From positions 6,138,001 through 6,202,000 of the forward strand of contig CM059453.1 of NCBI GenBank assembly GCA_030390025.1: a DNA stretch of 64,000 bases, written 5' to 3'. Of this stretch, positions 37,588-51,154 are shown one piece after another. Position 1 is the stretch's first letter, and every line of letters starts with the position of its first letter. Under the pieces are notes generated by a model, which saw only the letters and a program-made list of their open reading frames with translations, was not told the origin of the DNA and ran no database searches. Origin of the DNA: Squalus acanthias. Its lineage: Eukaryota. A program made the position numbers and the translations under genes.

Positions 37588-39000
37588 GGGCTGGAAATAC
37601 GCCTCCGACGCGCCACACAATTACAAAAGTACCTGCTGGAGCCAGGCTCTGAAAAGTTGCGATCTCAGGCCTCGTGCCGAACGGTAGTCTAATGGCCCAC
37701 GGATCCCCAGGGTCACAGGCAGTGCGGAAGCGTATTTTGGATCACATGGGCCTGGTCCTCCAATGACAAACGAGAATTCCATTGCAGTCATTTACGAATT
37801 GAACTCCCTAATGACATGCAGTGGAATCCGAAACGTGAAACTTACACAATTAACAGAATTGGAATTGTATGCATAATTAACTTCATTCCACCAAACTCAA
37901 TGGACCAGAATTTATGGTGTCTTTGACGGCATACGCTCAGGCTATGCGATTCTAATCCTTCAGTTTGGACCCCGCAAATCCGGGTCTACAAATGTATTCC
38001 GCATGCACGCAAACGCGGAACTTGCGATCTGTCCAGGTACGCATTGACAGATCTAAAAAACCGACAGATAAATCACATTCACTGGCGTACAGTTGAGCTA
38101 TTTATCCAACTACTGCCCAGCAATTGCCCACGAAACACGGAAGGTTGGTAAACGCAGGCATAGGGCCTGCTTTCAATTGCGTAACTGTTAAATTAAATCT
38201 TGATTTAAAAATGTAAAAATAAAAAAATGATGCACAGACAGTTAAAATTCGTTTATGCAAATATTGGCCCGGCTTAAAATGTTAAAATAATTTTTTGAAA
38301 AAATATTTATTTATTTTGTTTGGTGTGATTGAGGGACTTTGAATTAAATTTGAAAAAAAGAACTTTTATATTTATTAGAGTTGTCTGAATTGTATAATTA
38401 TTTGTGGATTCCGTTGCACTTTATCAGTGGATTCCCTTCGTAAATGACTGCAATGGAACCCGCCATTCTCATTGGAGGACCCGGCCTACGCGATCCCACG
38501 GACGCTTCCGGACTCTCTGTGTCCTTGGGATCCAGGAGCCTTTAGCAGGCGTACGCCGCGATGCCCAGGATCTGAACTCTCCGTAGCTGTGGAGCCAATG
38601 GGTAAATTCAGAAATGTTTCGCACGTGAGAGGTGAACTCCGGAAGTAAGCCTCCGACCACAAATTCAGGGCCAACAAAAATATATTTATTTGATAATAAT
38701 TTCATACATCTTCAAAACTGGTATCGGGCCAGTATTTGCATAAACACATTTAATTCAGTGTATATGCATACAATTTGGATTTTGAAATGTTTTATTTAAG
38801 CCTTAGATATGTCCTTACGCTGATGTAAACAGGCTCTTCACGTGCATCATTCGTAAGACTTACATGGCAAATAGCACAACTCTGCGCCAGCGATTGCTTC
38901 ATCACAGCACCTGCAGATGCCCTGTCAATACTTACGTTGACAGCTCGCAAGTTCCAGAAATCTGGAATTACAGCACATCTCAAAGGGATTACGAGGGCAT
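37588..39000. mobile_element. Nested Harbinger-like MITEs
   Basis: An outer element starting GGGCTGGAAAT (37588) is interrupted at ~37901 by GGACCAGAATTT...AAATTCAGGGCC (ends ~38672), then resumes. Confidence 0.6.
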
Positions 39001-39117
39001 ACTCTGCCAACTCAGACAATGCAATTCCAGGGCTTACAAATTAAAATTAGTTGGATCTCTGCCAGAACTCGTCTATGTGCATAATTATGGATCTCTTTAA
39101 ATTAGCACCTGATTTTT

Positions 39118-40584
39118 AGGCGCCGAATTTTGCGTCCACAATGGGCGTGTACGCACCCGTAGGGGCCGCGCAACTTCCGGGTTGAGGCATGCGAAGCGAA
39201 TGCGCTAATACCCAGCACTTGCGATCTGTCAAGAATCTTCTTGACAGATCCTCCGCATCACCGGGAGTTGGGCCTTTGCGAGTGGAGAGTTGCGCTTTTT
39301 GCGCAACTTACGCCCGATGAAAGGCCATAGAATTAATGGCCCGAAAATTAAACCTAATAGGCGAGAGTATTACGTCCCGAATTGCCGGTTTCCTGCATGC
39401 ACTGCTCATGCGCGGGAAACCGGCACTTCGTGAATTGCAAAGGGGGCCGTTCCGAAGTGAACCGCGTGCGCGCTACAGGTTGTGCGCACGCAGTGCACTT
39501 AGTTTGTTTTTCAGGTTTGAACGCGCAGGTAAGTGGTGAAGATTTTACACATAAAGAAAGCAGGCGTAGGACCACCTTTTAACAAGGTAAGTAGTAATTA
39601 AGTGTTATTTTAAATTTTTTCAACAGGTTTATCTTTTTTAGAGAATTTAAAGAAAGGTAAGTTTATTTTTATAACTTTTAAAAAGATTTTAAATTTTTTC
39701 AAAACTATAATTTTTTGTTTAAAGTGGTTAATTTTTTTAACTATACTTATTTTATTAATGTGATGGCCTTTTTTAAATTTAATTGAGGTTTAGCTGTTCT
39801 TTTCTGGGTTTGTAGTATTTATAGCTTTGACAGCCCTTGCTGTCAAAACTATGAATGAAAGGTGGCGTGCTGCCATTGGCTCCAACTGAATCACGCGATC
39901 CCAGAGCTCGCACAAACTAATTGCGCCTCTGGAATGCGCAAGCACTGCACGGTTGCAACAGGGAGAGGCTCTGAAACTAAAGTTCGTGTGGGCCCCAAAC
40001 AAAAAGGTAGGCGCAGAGTGCGATAACGCGGGGAATCCTTACCCCCGCGGGAACCATCGATGTTTAATTTCTGGGCCAATACGTCCAGTTTAAAATAACA
40101 TTAGCAATATTTTTAAAATCTTTTAAACATTAACAAACCTTTTCAATAATGTAAGGTTATTTGCAGCTGCTTTAAAACAATTAAAATTAATTTTCAAAAA
40201 ATAATGTTTTTGTTTCAAATATTTAATAATATTGCATTTTAATAAATTTTACATTTGTGTTAGTTTTTCTTTATTTATTTCAGTGTGTTGGTGCATTTTT
40301 GTTGTCATCCCCATTCATACTTTTGATAGTTCTGTGCTTCAGGAACAGTCAAAAGGATGAAGGGGGTTTCTACTCTTCCATTGGTTCGCCTGGCCCACGT
40401 GATCCGAGGGGAGCTTGCGAAGCGCATGCGCCCCTGGGATATTTGGAGCTCTGCGCATTTCGAAGAGGAGAGGCCCAGGATCGCAAACCTCGGTATCTCC
40501 GGAACCAGCAGGTAAGTTGGTTGATTTTTTTTCCGATCGGATGCATCCGCCCGCAGGAAGCCTCCGATCGAAAATTCAGGGCCA
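39118..40584. mobile_element. MITE family A (inverted relative of 3716-4327) containing a nested family-B MITE
   Basis: The ends match both ends of 3716-4327 in reverse orientation. Confidence 0.75.
39338..40077. mobile_element. MITE family B with AAT TSD
   Basis: TIRs GGCCCGAAAATTAAAC...GTTTAATTTCTGGGCC; AAT at 39335-39337 and 40078-40080. Confidence 0.85.
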
Positions 40585-40951
40585 TTGTCTCTGGTGTTTC
40601 ATTGCAAGCTTTTTTGGCAACCTGGTCCCCAGTTGTGAGGGTTCACACTGCGGCCAATGGATTTCAATAGATTAACAGACAGAGACGATGGTATGCATGT
40701 TTTGTAAAATTGTTATTTTCAAAGAATAGATAAAAAAAAAGATAAGATACATTGATGAAAAAGTCACACTGTCAAATCTATGCCAATGAACTCGACTTTG
40801 GGAACGTAAATCAAAACATGGGACCGATTTTCTGAAAGACCACAATTCTCATAGTCATTGTTGCAAATCAATGTTTGATTTATTTTCCGTCATCAGGTGT
40901 TTTAAAGTATTGTCAGTTTCAAGACCATCCGCGCTGACAGTATAACGCCTG

Positions 40952-41125
40952 TTAACACTCAGTTCTGTTTAATTGCTGCATATTCGCAGGTCTCCTTATT
41001 TTGAATATATTGATCTGTTTGCGGAAGTTGGAGACATTGACGGTCGCATACGCAATCTCTTCATTCTGAGCTGGTTTAGTCGATTGTGCGGCGCCACGAC
41101 CAGCCTCTGTACACTGATCGTCCCT
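40952..41125 (-). CDS. Gene B terminal exon with ITIM IAYATV; distal motif frameshifted
   Basis: ttacag/ acceptor; RDDQCTEAG...EEIAYATVNV. ETCEYAAIK lies in a shifted frame. Confidence 0.8.
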   Translation of the reverse strand, partial: RDDQCTEAGRGAAQSTKPAQNEEIAYATVNVSNFRKQINIFKIRRPANMQQLNRTEC

Positions 41126-41286
41126 CTGTAATGGAAGGTATTTGTGTTAGATATGGAACTATTGCAGATATGGAGTAGAATGCGATGGGAGTGTGCTGTC
41201 TGCACCAGAAGAAATCGTACTATTTTTTCCCAGGAAAGTTTTCTAATGGTGCTGATCCAGGAGATGAGCGTTGTCAAGACTTGATG

Positions 41287-43958
41287 GAAGGATATTAGCT
41301 CTGATGATGTGGAATCTGTATGGGTTGAACTGAGAAATAACAAGGGGCAGAAAACGTTATTGGGAGTGATATATGGACCTCCAAACAGTAATGCGGAGGT
41401 TGGGGATGGAATTAAAAGGAAATTAGAGAAGCGTGCAATAAGGGCACAGCAGTCATCATGGGTGACTTTAATCTACATATAGATTGGGATAACCAAATTA
41501 GGAACAATACTATGGAGGAGGAATTCCTGGAGTGTTTACGGGATGGTTTCCTGGACCAATATGTCGAGGAACCAACCAGAGATCAGGCTATCTTAGACTG
41601 GGTATTATGTAATGAGAAAGGATTAATTAGCAATCTTGTTGTGCGAGGCCCCTTTGGTCGGACCGATCAAAATATGATAGAATTCTTCATTAGGATGGAA
41701 AGTGAAGTCGTTGACTCAGAGACCAGGGTCCTGAATTCAAATAAAGGAAACTACGATGGTATGAGGTGCGAGTTGGGTAGGATTGATTGGGGAATGACAC
41801 TCAAAGGGTTGACGGTGGATAGGCAATGGCAAACATTCAAAGACCGCATGGACGAACTACAGAATTTGTTCATCCCAGTTTGGCATAGAATAAAACCAAA
41901 ATTGTGACTCAACCATGGCTAACAAGGGAAATTAGGGATAGCATAATATCCAAGGAGAGGGCCGATAAATTGGCCAGAAAAAGCAGTAACCCTGTGGATT
42001 GGCAGCAGTTTAAGATTCAACAAAGGAGGAAAAAGGGATTAATTAAGAAGGGGAAAATCGACTACGAGAGTAAGCTTGCAGGGAACATAAAAACTGATTG
42101 ATAAAGGTTTTATAGATATGTGAAGAGAAAATGATTAATGAAATGAAGCATAGGTCCATTGCAGTCAGAATCAGGGGAACTTATAATGGGGAACAAAGAA
42201 ATGTCAGAACAATTAAATACATATTTTGGTTCTGTCTTCACAAAGTAGGATACAAATAATCTCCCAGAGATGTTGGGGAACATAGGGTCTGATGAAAGTG
42301 TGGAACTGAAAGAAATCAGTACTCGTAGGGAAATGGTGTTAGGGAAATTGAAGGGATTGAAGGCTGATAAATCCCCAGGGCGTGATAATCTACATCCTAG
42401 GGTACTTCATGAAGTGGCCCTAGAAATAGTAGATGCATTGCTGATCATCTTCCAACATTCGATGGAAGCTGGAACAGTACCCATGGATTGGAGGGTAGCT
42501 AATGTTACCCCACTATTCAAAAAGGGTGGTAGATAGAAAACGGGGAATTACAGATCGCTAAGCCTGACATCGGTAGTGGGGAAAATGCTAGAGTCCATTT
42601 TAAAAGATGTAATAGCTGAGCAGTTGAAAAACAGTGACAGGATCGGACAAAGTCAACATGGATTTACAAAAGGAAAATCATGCTTGACTAATCAATTGGA
42701 ATTTTTTGAGGATGGAACTGCGAAAATAGATAAGGGAGAACCAGTGGATGTGGTGTATTTGGACTTCCAAAAGGCTTTTTGATAAGGTCCCGCATAAGAG
42801 ATTAGCGTGTAAAGTTAAGGCTCATGGGATTGGGGGCAAGGTATTGACTTGGATAGAGAACTGGTTGGCAGACAGAAAGCAAAGAGTTGCAATAAACGAA
42901 TCTTTTTCTGACTGGCAGGCAGTGACTAGTGGGGTACCGCAGGGAACGGTCCTTGGACCCCAGCTATTCACAATAGATATCAATGATCTAGAAAAGGGAA
43001 CTGGATGTAATATCTTCAAGTTTGCAGACGACACAAAACTGGGTGGGAGTTTGTGCTGCGAGGAGGATGCCGAAAAACTCCAGGATGATTTGGACAGTTT
43101 GGGTGATTGGGCAGCAGCGTGGCAGATGCAATATAACGTGGACAAATGCGAGGTTATCAACTTTGGTATCAAAAACAGAAAGGCAGCTTATTATCTGTAT
43201 GGCAATAGATTGGGAGAAGGGGAAGTGCAACGAGACCTGGGTGTCTTTGTGCATCAGTCGCTGAAGGTAAGCATTCAGGTGCAGCAGGCGGTTAAGAAGG
43301 CAAATGGTATGTTGGCCTTCATAGCGAGAGGGTTTGAGTGCAGGAACAAGGATGTCTTGCTGCAGTTGTACAGGGCTTTGGTGAGACCACAGCTTGAGTG
43401 CTGTGTGCAGTTTTGCTCGCCTTATCTGAGGAATGATGTTCTTGTCATGGAAGGAGTTCAGCGAAGTTTCACAAGGCTGATACCTGGGATGGCACGAATG
43501 ACGTATGAAGAGAGATTGGGTCGATTGTGCTTATACTCGCTGGAGTTTAGAAGTATGAGAGGAGATCTCATTGAAACTTATAAAATTCTGACAGGACAGG
43601 ACAAACTAGATGCAGGAAGGATGTTCCCGATGGTCGGGGAGTCCAGAACCAGGAGTCACAGTCTAAGGATAAGGGCTAAGCCATTTAGGACAGAAATGAG
43701 GAGGAATTTCTTCACCCAGAGAGTGGTGAAGCTGTGGAATTTCTGCCACAGAAGGCAGTAGAGGCCAATTAATTAAACAGATTCAAGAAGGAGTTGGATA
43801 TATTTCTTAAGGCTCATTGGATCAAGGGATATGGGGAGAAAGCAGGGACAGGGTAGTGAATTTGGATGATCAGCCATGATCGCATTGAATGGCGGAGCAG
43901 GCTAAAGGGGCCGAATGGCCTACTCCTGCTCCTATCTTCTATGATTCTATGATTCTAT
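41287..43958 (+). mobile_element. CR1 LINE, 5'-truncated ORF2 (endonuclease part + RT) with stops and frameshifts
   Basis: MGDFNL, KSPGRDNLHP, QHGFTKGKSCLT, YLDFQKAF, GVPQG, KFADDTK; (TTCTATGA)n tail; empty paralogous site at ~29360. Confidence 0.97.
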
Positions 43959-44109
43959 AAGAAATAAAGAACATGCAATTGTATATCCGGACGAGTCGAT
44001 AAGGCTGGGCTGTGGGATTAAATTGGAAACCTCTTTCAAAGAGCCGGCACAGGTACAACGATCCGAATGGCCGCCTTCTGTGCTGTAAAATAATTCTAAG
44101 GCTTCTAAA

Positions 44110-44745
44110 TAACATACGTGATCCGGGTTTTTATAAATTGAGGTACAGATTATGAAAACAAGGAAGATACGCTGAACCTTTATACATCAGTGGTTGGACC
44201 TCGGCTGACGTATTGTGTCCAAGTCTGTGCATACCACTGTCAAAAGGATGTCAATGCCTTAGAGAGGGTACAGAGCAAATTTGTCAGAATTATAGGAGGA
44301 ATGAGGGACTGCACTTAAACGGAGAGTCCAGGGAAACTGGGATTGTTCTGTTCAGTGTAGAGAATGTTAAAGTGAGATTAGATATTGGTGATCAAAATTC
44401 TGCAGAATTTTTATACAAAATTTAGGAGAAACTGTTTCCACTGGCAGGAGCGTAGCTAACCAGAGGACACAGATTGAAGATATTTGGGACAAGAACCAAA
44501 TGGGAGGTGAGAATTTTTTTTAGCTCAGCGAGTTGTTGCGATTTGGAATGAGCTGCCTGTAGGGCGGTGGCAGCAGATTCAATATTGACTTTCAACAGGG
44601 AAATGAATATATGCGTGAATATGAAAAAAAAAATCAGGGCCAAGGGCAAAAAGCAGTGTGGTGTGACTAAATATTTAGCTCTTTCAAACAACCAGCACAG
44701 GCACCATGGGCTGAATGGCCTCATTCTGGGCTGCATGATTCTGTG
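44110..44745 (+). mobile_element. Old CR1 3' fragment
   Basis: Paralog of 29480-30915 lacking the MITE. Confidence 0.8.
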
Positions 44746-44849
44746 ATTATTAAGACCGAATCGATGCTATGCAAATAATAAATTTTGACTTCTTGCCGCT
44801 GTTGTAGAAAAAATGCAACAACCAGTTAATGGGATGAATGGCGAATTAA

Positions 44850-45110
44850 TCAGTTTTAGCTGGTGTTCATTGAGGGAGAAATGTTTGCAAGGGCACTGGG
44901 AAAACTCAACCGTCCGCACAGTAGCACCATACGATCGTTTTCCTCCATAAGAGGAAACAAAGGGGGCCTCGTTTAACATCCAGTCGAAAGAACGGGACTT
45001 CAGGCAATGTTGCACTCCTTCAGTATTGAAATTAAGTTTCAGCCCAGATTATACGTTCAAATGTTGGAGCGATGCTTGAAGCCACAAACTTCTGAATGAA
45101 AGGTGAGGAA
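44850..45110 (-). mobile_element. Deu-domain-like SINE fragment
   Basis: GGGGCCTCGTTTAACATC..CGAAAGA..GCACTCCTTCAGTA..CAGCCCAGATT. Confidence 0.55.
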
Positions 45111-45520
45111 CATGGGTCCACATCGGCAGCAAGATGCAATTCCGAGTTTCAACTGAGGAACTAAAATGTTTATCCCCTCTGTGTCGCCAACACTTTGTGA
45201 TCGTGTTGGACATTTAACACGTGAAACCTAATTGGTAGGAGGTAAGATAACATTGGAAACGCATTCTTATAGAAATAATTTGCTTTGAGAAGGAACGCCA
45301 AGGTGAGAAATACTTTCCAATTATATTTAGTAGGTCACTTAATGTCGAGCCGGCAGCTCTGTTGCAGTCTTCGCGACGTGAGGCGGTTAATCCACCATTA
45401 AATGCCAACAAGTTTCTGTAACTCCCGTTTATCTGTTGGGTATTGACCTTTATTGGTCACTTGCCGATTGAAAGCACACCAAACATCCTACAATTGTCAG
45501 CCCAGCTTGGCAATACTTAC

Positions 45521-45608
45521 GTCATCGTTTAATGCCTTCTGCACCGTAGTGTAAATCACCAAATCATCGTGTGCGTCGGAGACACGTGCAGCTTCTCCAT
45601 GTTTCTTC
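45521..45608 (-). CDS. Gene B cytoplasmic exon (RKKHGEAARVSDAHDDLVIYTTVQKALNDD), ITIM VIYTTV
   Basis: ttcag/ and /gtaagt; phase 2->0 links the TM and terminal exons. Confidence 0.8.
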
Positions 45609-45717
45609 CTGAATAATAACAAATGCAAATGAGGCACTTCTCTTAATTAACTGGAATGTTTAGTGAAAGCACACTGCGCCTGCGCGATGAAGGACGTGAG
45701 GGGGACAGGAAAGACTT

Positions 45718-46885
45718 AAGAACATAAGAAATAACAAATAGGAGCAGGAGTCGGCTATACGGCCCCTCTGGACTTTTCCGCCTTTCAATAAGATCATGGC
45801 TGATCTTCGAACTCAGCTCCAATTTCCCGCCCAATCTCCATATCCCTTGATTCCACAAGAGTCCAAAAATCTATCTATCTCAGCCTTGAATATAATCCAA
45901 GACTCTGCATTCACAGCCCTCTGGGGCAGAGAATTCCAAAGAATCACAATCCTCAGGGCGAAGAAATTAATCCTCATCTCCGTCTTAAATGGCCTACCCC
46001 TTATCCTGAGACTATGCCCCCTATTTCTAGAGACTCAGCCAGGAGAAACAGCCTGTCAGCATCTACCCTGTCAAACCTCTTCAGAATCTTGTCTGCTTCA
46101 AAGAGATCACCTCTCATTCTTCTAAACTCCAGATAACATAGGCTCATTCTTCACAATCTGTCATCGTAAGACAACCCTCTCATCTCAGGAATCAATCTAG
46201 TGAACCTTCGTTGCACGCCTCGAGGGCAAATATATCCTTCCTTAGATAAGGAGACCAAAACAGTGCACAGTACTCTAGGTGTGGTCTCACCAAGGCCCTG
46301 TACATTTGTAGCAAAACGTCCTTACTCTTAGACTCCAAACCCCTTGCAATAAAGGCCAGCATGCGATTTGCCTTCCTTATTGCTTGCTGTACCTGCATGC
46401 TAGCTTTCTGTGTTTCTTGCACGAGGACACCCAAATCTCCCTGAACACCAACATTTGAAAGTTTCTCACCATTTAAAAAATATTCTGTTTTGCTATTCTT
46501 CCTAACGAAGTGAATGACCTCACATTTCCCTACATTATTCTCCATCTGCCACTTTACTGCCCACTCCCTTAGTCTATCTATATCCCTCAGCAGACGCTTT
46601 GTGTTCTCCTCACAGCTTACTGTCCCACCTAGTTTTGTATCATCAAAAAAATTGGATACATTACACTCTGTCTCTTCATCTAGATCATTAATATGGATTG
46701 TAAATAGCTGGGGCCCCAACACTGATTATTGCGGCAGCCTACAAGTTGCAGCCTGCCAAACTGAAAAAGATCCGTTTAGACCTACACTGCTTTCTGTCTG
46801 TTCACCTCTCCTCTATCCATGCAACTTTATAACCCCCAACCGCATGAGCCCTAATCTTATGTAATAACCTTTTATTTGGCACCTT
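45718..46885 (-). mobile_element. CR1 LINE 3' fragment
   Basis: LGPQLFTIHINDLD..DDTKLGG..VRPHLEYC..FWSPYLRKD. Confidence 0.95.
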
Positions 46886-48186
46886 GTGTCTTTTACTTCT
46901 CCCGATTACCACAGAACAGATCCGCAACCAAATTCTTTTCAATTTCCACCAGCCAACATTTCAAAAGGGTACATTTTAATTTATCTATGATTGGTGTTAA
47001 TGCTTCCGTGCTGATTGCGCTAGCTGAAAGTTGAGTGTGACAAATAACGGTCAGTGGGAGGTTTATTAATGATTTAAACATGGGTAAATAGCACATGCAA
47101 GTGTTTCAATGTGTCAACGCAATCCTTTCTATTATTAGGTAGACCACTTCAACACATTGGAGTTAGAAATTAGGAATACATTAATATTCCTCATCAATCT
47201 TTTTGCGATAATTGATTAGTTGATATTATTATGCAAGGAATTCCCTTCTTTAAATATATCATGGTACATGAAGGATTAAAAGCTAAAAGAGTGTTCTGGC
47301 ACATGCTGTTGCGGTTGTTGTCGAAACATTGTCTGTTGAGGGGATGCGTCATAGATTTCAATTGCACACATCTTGTCCGATTGGTTGAAGGATAAATTTG
47401 ATTGGCAGCAGATTGTAAACCTAATTGGGTGTTATTTGAATTCAGTTGGAGCCGGTCACAACTCTGAATGTAATTATCAGCCTGTCTATCAAAAGCAGCG
47501 AGTCTCTCCAGAGCTTTGAAAGAAAGCTAGTCAGACGAAATAGCTTAATCAGTGGGAAGAATAAGATAAGAAGCGCAACATAAATAAGTGCTTGTATCAT
47601 ACTTTAGCACTTCAGTCACACCCAATTTTGAAATATAATGTTCTACTCCTTGAGCGATGCAACCTTAACAACGACTGTAAACGTCTGTGTCACTTTAATT
47701 TTACTGTTTGCTTGTTGGTTTACAGTTTGCTGGATCAGCTTGATTGATAGAATTTAAGTGTCAATCTGGTGTAGTGTTAAGCTGAGAGTCAGTCATGACA
47801 AGGAGGCTCGTCTGAGGGTGCCGCATAAAAGCAGCAACAGAAACAAACTAAAAGGGCTTGTATGCCCATTCTTTGAGCCTGCTGAAAACTTTATCCAGAT
47901 TGCACGGGAAGCGTAAACACTCCCTGGCACAAAGAGCGCCAGCGATCATAACAGGAAGAATGTACAGACAGTCTGATTCAAGCAGCCACTAATATTACTC
48001 TGTATTTGATCCTTGGAGATGCGAGCGACTGATCAGGGATGATTGACCTTCCTACTTTACGCACCAGTTTAGGCTGATGCCCACTGTACTCACGGGAGTT
48101 TAATTTAAAGGAGATTTTGATAGACAAACGTTCTGATGCAGGTTTCCTTTGAAACTTAATTCTATATAATTAATAATCACACCTAC

Positions 48187-48274
48187 CTTTTTATCTTCAG
48201 CTTCAGCACGATTGCAATTAGAATAACAAGCCGAATGGCTTCTAATCCTATTATGACTGTCAAGGAGAATATTC
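48187..48274 (-). CDS. Gene B transmembrane exon (GIFSLTVIIGLEAIRLVILIAIVLKLKIK)
   Basis: ttacag/ and /gtaggt, phase 1->2, hydrophobic. Confidence 0.8.
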
Positions 48275-49096
48275 CTGTAATGATGGATAATATTGCTCTA
48301 TATAAGGAATTTGGGATTAAACAACAATCTTGGAAGCACATTTATGAGTGTGAGGAAGCAAGTTTCCATCATGTTTGGATCACAAAACTAATGATAATTT
48401 ATGAACTCCACTTGTCTCAACCTGATGATCCTTGCGTAAAAGCCTTTTATTCCTGTGTTGCGGCCAAGCTTAAATTGGAATCAATAAATTAATATTCACT
48501 GATGTAAAAATCTCAATTGACGAATAAAGTTCACTCCACAACCCACCCTAGGAAAAACCGTGCGCTTAATCTGATCGGAATACAGGCCCGCCAAGGTCAC
48601 AATTTACAGCGGTAAGATTTATAATCTATGGCGAAAATTTAAATTTCGCTTCGGTTATTCAATATCGGCTCTACTTACCCAAATGAGTCTGAACAAGATA
48701 GAAATGAGCATGTTGCTACAAAAGGGTAGATTGCAGTTTGCTATCATGTATTGAGATAATTTAGGATTTTCTAAAGGGTTTATCTTAATTCAGAAGAATT
48801 TGTTTTCCAAGATTACTGGCTATTTCAGGTGCTCAGATAATTTCAACTTATCTTGAAAATATAAACCGAACAAGTTGCATAAGAATGAAAGTTAAAATGG
48901 ATAATGCCGACCGCACCTTTCAGTTGCAGATTGACCACTGATGGAAAGGGGTCCTAACACTAATTCGAGAGAGATCCAGTATGGGCCTGCTGAATGGAGC
49001 TGGTATGTGCTGACACTAACACCGTTCAGTTAGTGACTGACCAATGATGTACCAACTCCCTTATAGTTTTACATTACAGATAGATTAAAAACGTAC

Positions 49097-49384
49097 CGTT
49101 AGAGTGGAGATCGTATATACTGATAGATTCACCGTGCTCGTTTGCTACAACACATGAGATCAGGTTTCCGTTTCCGGTTGGGTGAGTCAGTCTTAGGGAG
49201 CTCTCCATGATGTGACTATTCACCGCCCAGGAGATGATTTCCACATCTGACCTGTCCCCAGTGAGGATCCTCCCATTGAGGCCCCACGTGATGTTTCCCG
49301 TGGGATTGGCTCTGATCCGGCATCTGCAATCCGTCCAATTCTCAGAGTTTGTGCATGTCGGGCCTGTTAAAATTGTGGGTTTAC
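49097..49384 (-). CDS. Gene B membrane-proximal Ig exon (KPTILTGPTC...DCRCRIRANP...ITW...LISCVVANEHG)
   Basis: 288 nt, phase 1->1. The CxC..ANP..W..C..N.HG pattern is typical of MAG/fish Siglec-like membrane-proximal domains. Confidence 0.85.
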
Positions 49385-50311
49385 CTAAAAAAAAATGGAA
49401 ACTTCAATAGGAAATGATCATGAAAACAGTTGTAGTGTCAAAATACAATTAAGTAATGAGTTGAAATAACAATAATAGTTCTGGCTGTTATATTTTAAGA
49501 TGAAGCAGTCAATGTTGCACCAGTTCATGGCTTATTAGATTTTTACATATAACAGGTGAGCTCGTTAGGAACAATTCCATATTAAATCCAATGAGTGTTC
49601 AGTCCATCAATACATCAACTGACGGATGTTGTGAGGGACCCTCAGACGGAGCTAGCTCAGAGATTTGATTATGTATAATAGCCCACAAAGGTGTCTCACC
49701 CGTCAATGTTTTAAAAGTTCAATTTATTTCAATGTCTTCACTTTGTGTACTGTTTTAAACATCTTCATTTGTGGTGGACTGACGTGATTCTTCAATAAAC
49801 GTCCGGCTCACAAGGCGACATTCAAAGGTCCAAGACGCGAGAATATTACACTATTAACTCAACGTTAATACAAGTAACAGGAGTTGGCTGAACACCATTT
49901 TATCACACTTTTTTTGGAAATAATTGGTACTCATCAAATTGCGGCAAGTCAGCTCTAAGGATTGGAAAATTGTTTATTTCAGATGATGAGTATAATTTAT
50001 GAACAATTAGTTGTAGATTAAATATCCCAGGAAATGTGCTTGTGTCGCAACCTCATAAATGTAAGACCTGCTGCATTTATGAGACATTGTGCGATATTCC
50101 ACTCCTGTTATACTGAGCGAGATGCCAGGTTACTTTCCATTATTGAAGCCGTCGAGGTAGTTTGCCGCTATTTCCGCGGGAAGGGGTGAAACTGTCCCAA
50201 ACTCATACACATGGGCGCCTTCTTGCAAGCAGGCAAGAGAAAATTGGAATTTAATCCATAGTTCGTGACATGAAAGGCTACTGTCTAATTGATAAATTAA
50301 TACATACCTAC

Positions 50312-50569
50312 ATTGTACAGAAATTTATGTGGAACGTTTTTTGGTGCCCAGGGCATTTTCAGCTATGCACCAATATTCACCGCCGTCCTCTGAACGAATG
50401 TTGCGCAATATCTGCTTTAGTTCACCAGTGGAAGACCTGCTGATCTCTTCATCATTTTTAACCCATCTTAAACTGACCAGGGGCTTCCCGCAGGCCGTGC
50501 AGTATAATAATAATGACCTTCCTTCCACAGCTACTATAGAGGAGTTGACGGTTGTGATTTCCAGTCCCT
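50312..50569 (-). CDS. Gene B Ig C2 exon with in-frame TAA near its end
   Basis: EGRSLLLYCTACGKP..W..DGGEYWCIAENALG; 258 nt like its paralog 63731-63988. Confidence 0.85.
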
Positions 50570-51154
50570 CTGAATCAGACGTTAATGCAAAACTTGATTG
50601 TAGAATAAGCATAATTGAGCTCCTAATTAATTAATTATATTGGGTCTGGGGAGCTGCGGGAAATTGGAGTTAACTTCAATGATCAGCCATGATTGCAGGA
50701 GTGGCGGAGCAGGCTCGAAGGGCCGTATGGCCTACTCCTGTTCCTAATTCTTAAGTTCTTATCAATCGCAACCAGAGGTGAGATCTGGTGTTATAGCTTC
50801 AGATCCGAACTCGGCATGGCCTTTGTTGCTTCCATTTATGAATGACTAAACTCAGAACCTGACTGGAAGTTCATAGAATAAAGATTAACAATCACATTAA
50901 AAAATCTGTTGTAGGCACCATAATTGATTCATGGATATGAATGATTCTAATGTAATCTGAATGATGAGAATTAGATGAGAGCCATTCCGAACGTTTGATT
51001 ATCGAAGTAAGCTCTCCTGGTACAGAGGCTGAGCTTTTCATGATTCATCCTCTGATGCAGTTCTAACCCCTAATAAATTACTTGTGCTAAAATTGCAGAT
51101 TTGGAGCCCGTTGTCCGACAGGATAAGTCTGTTTACTTTAGACCGGATACTTAC

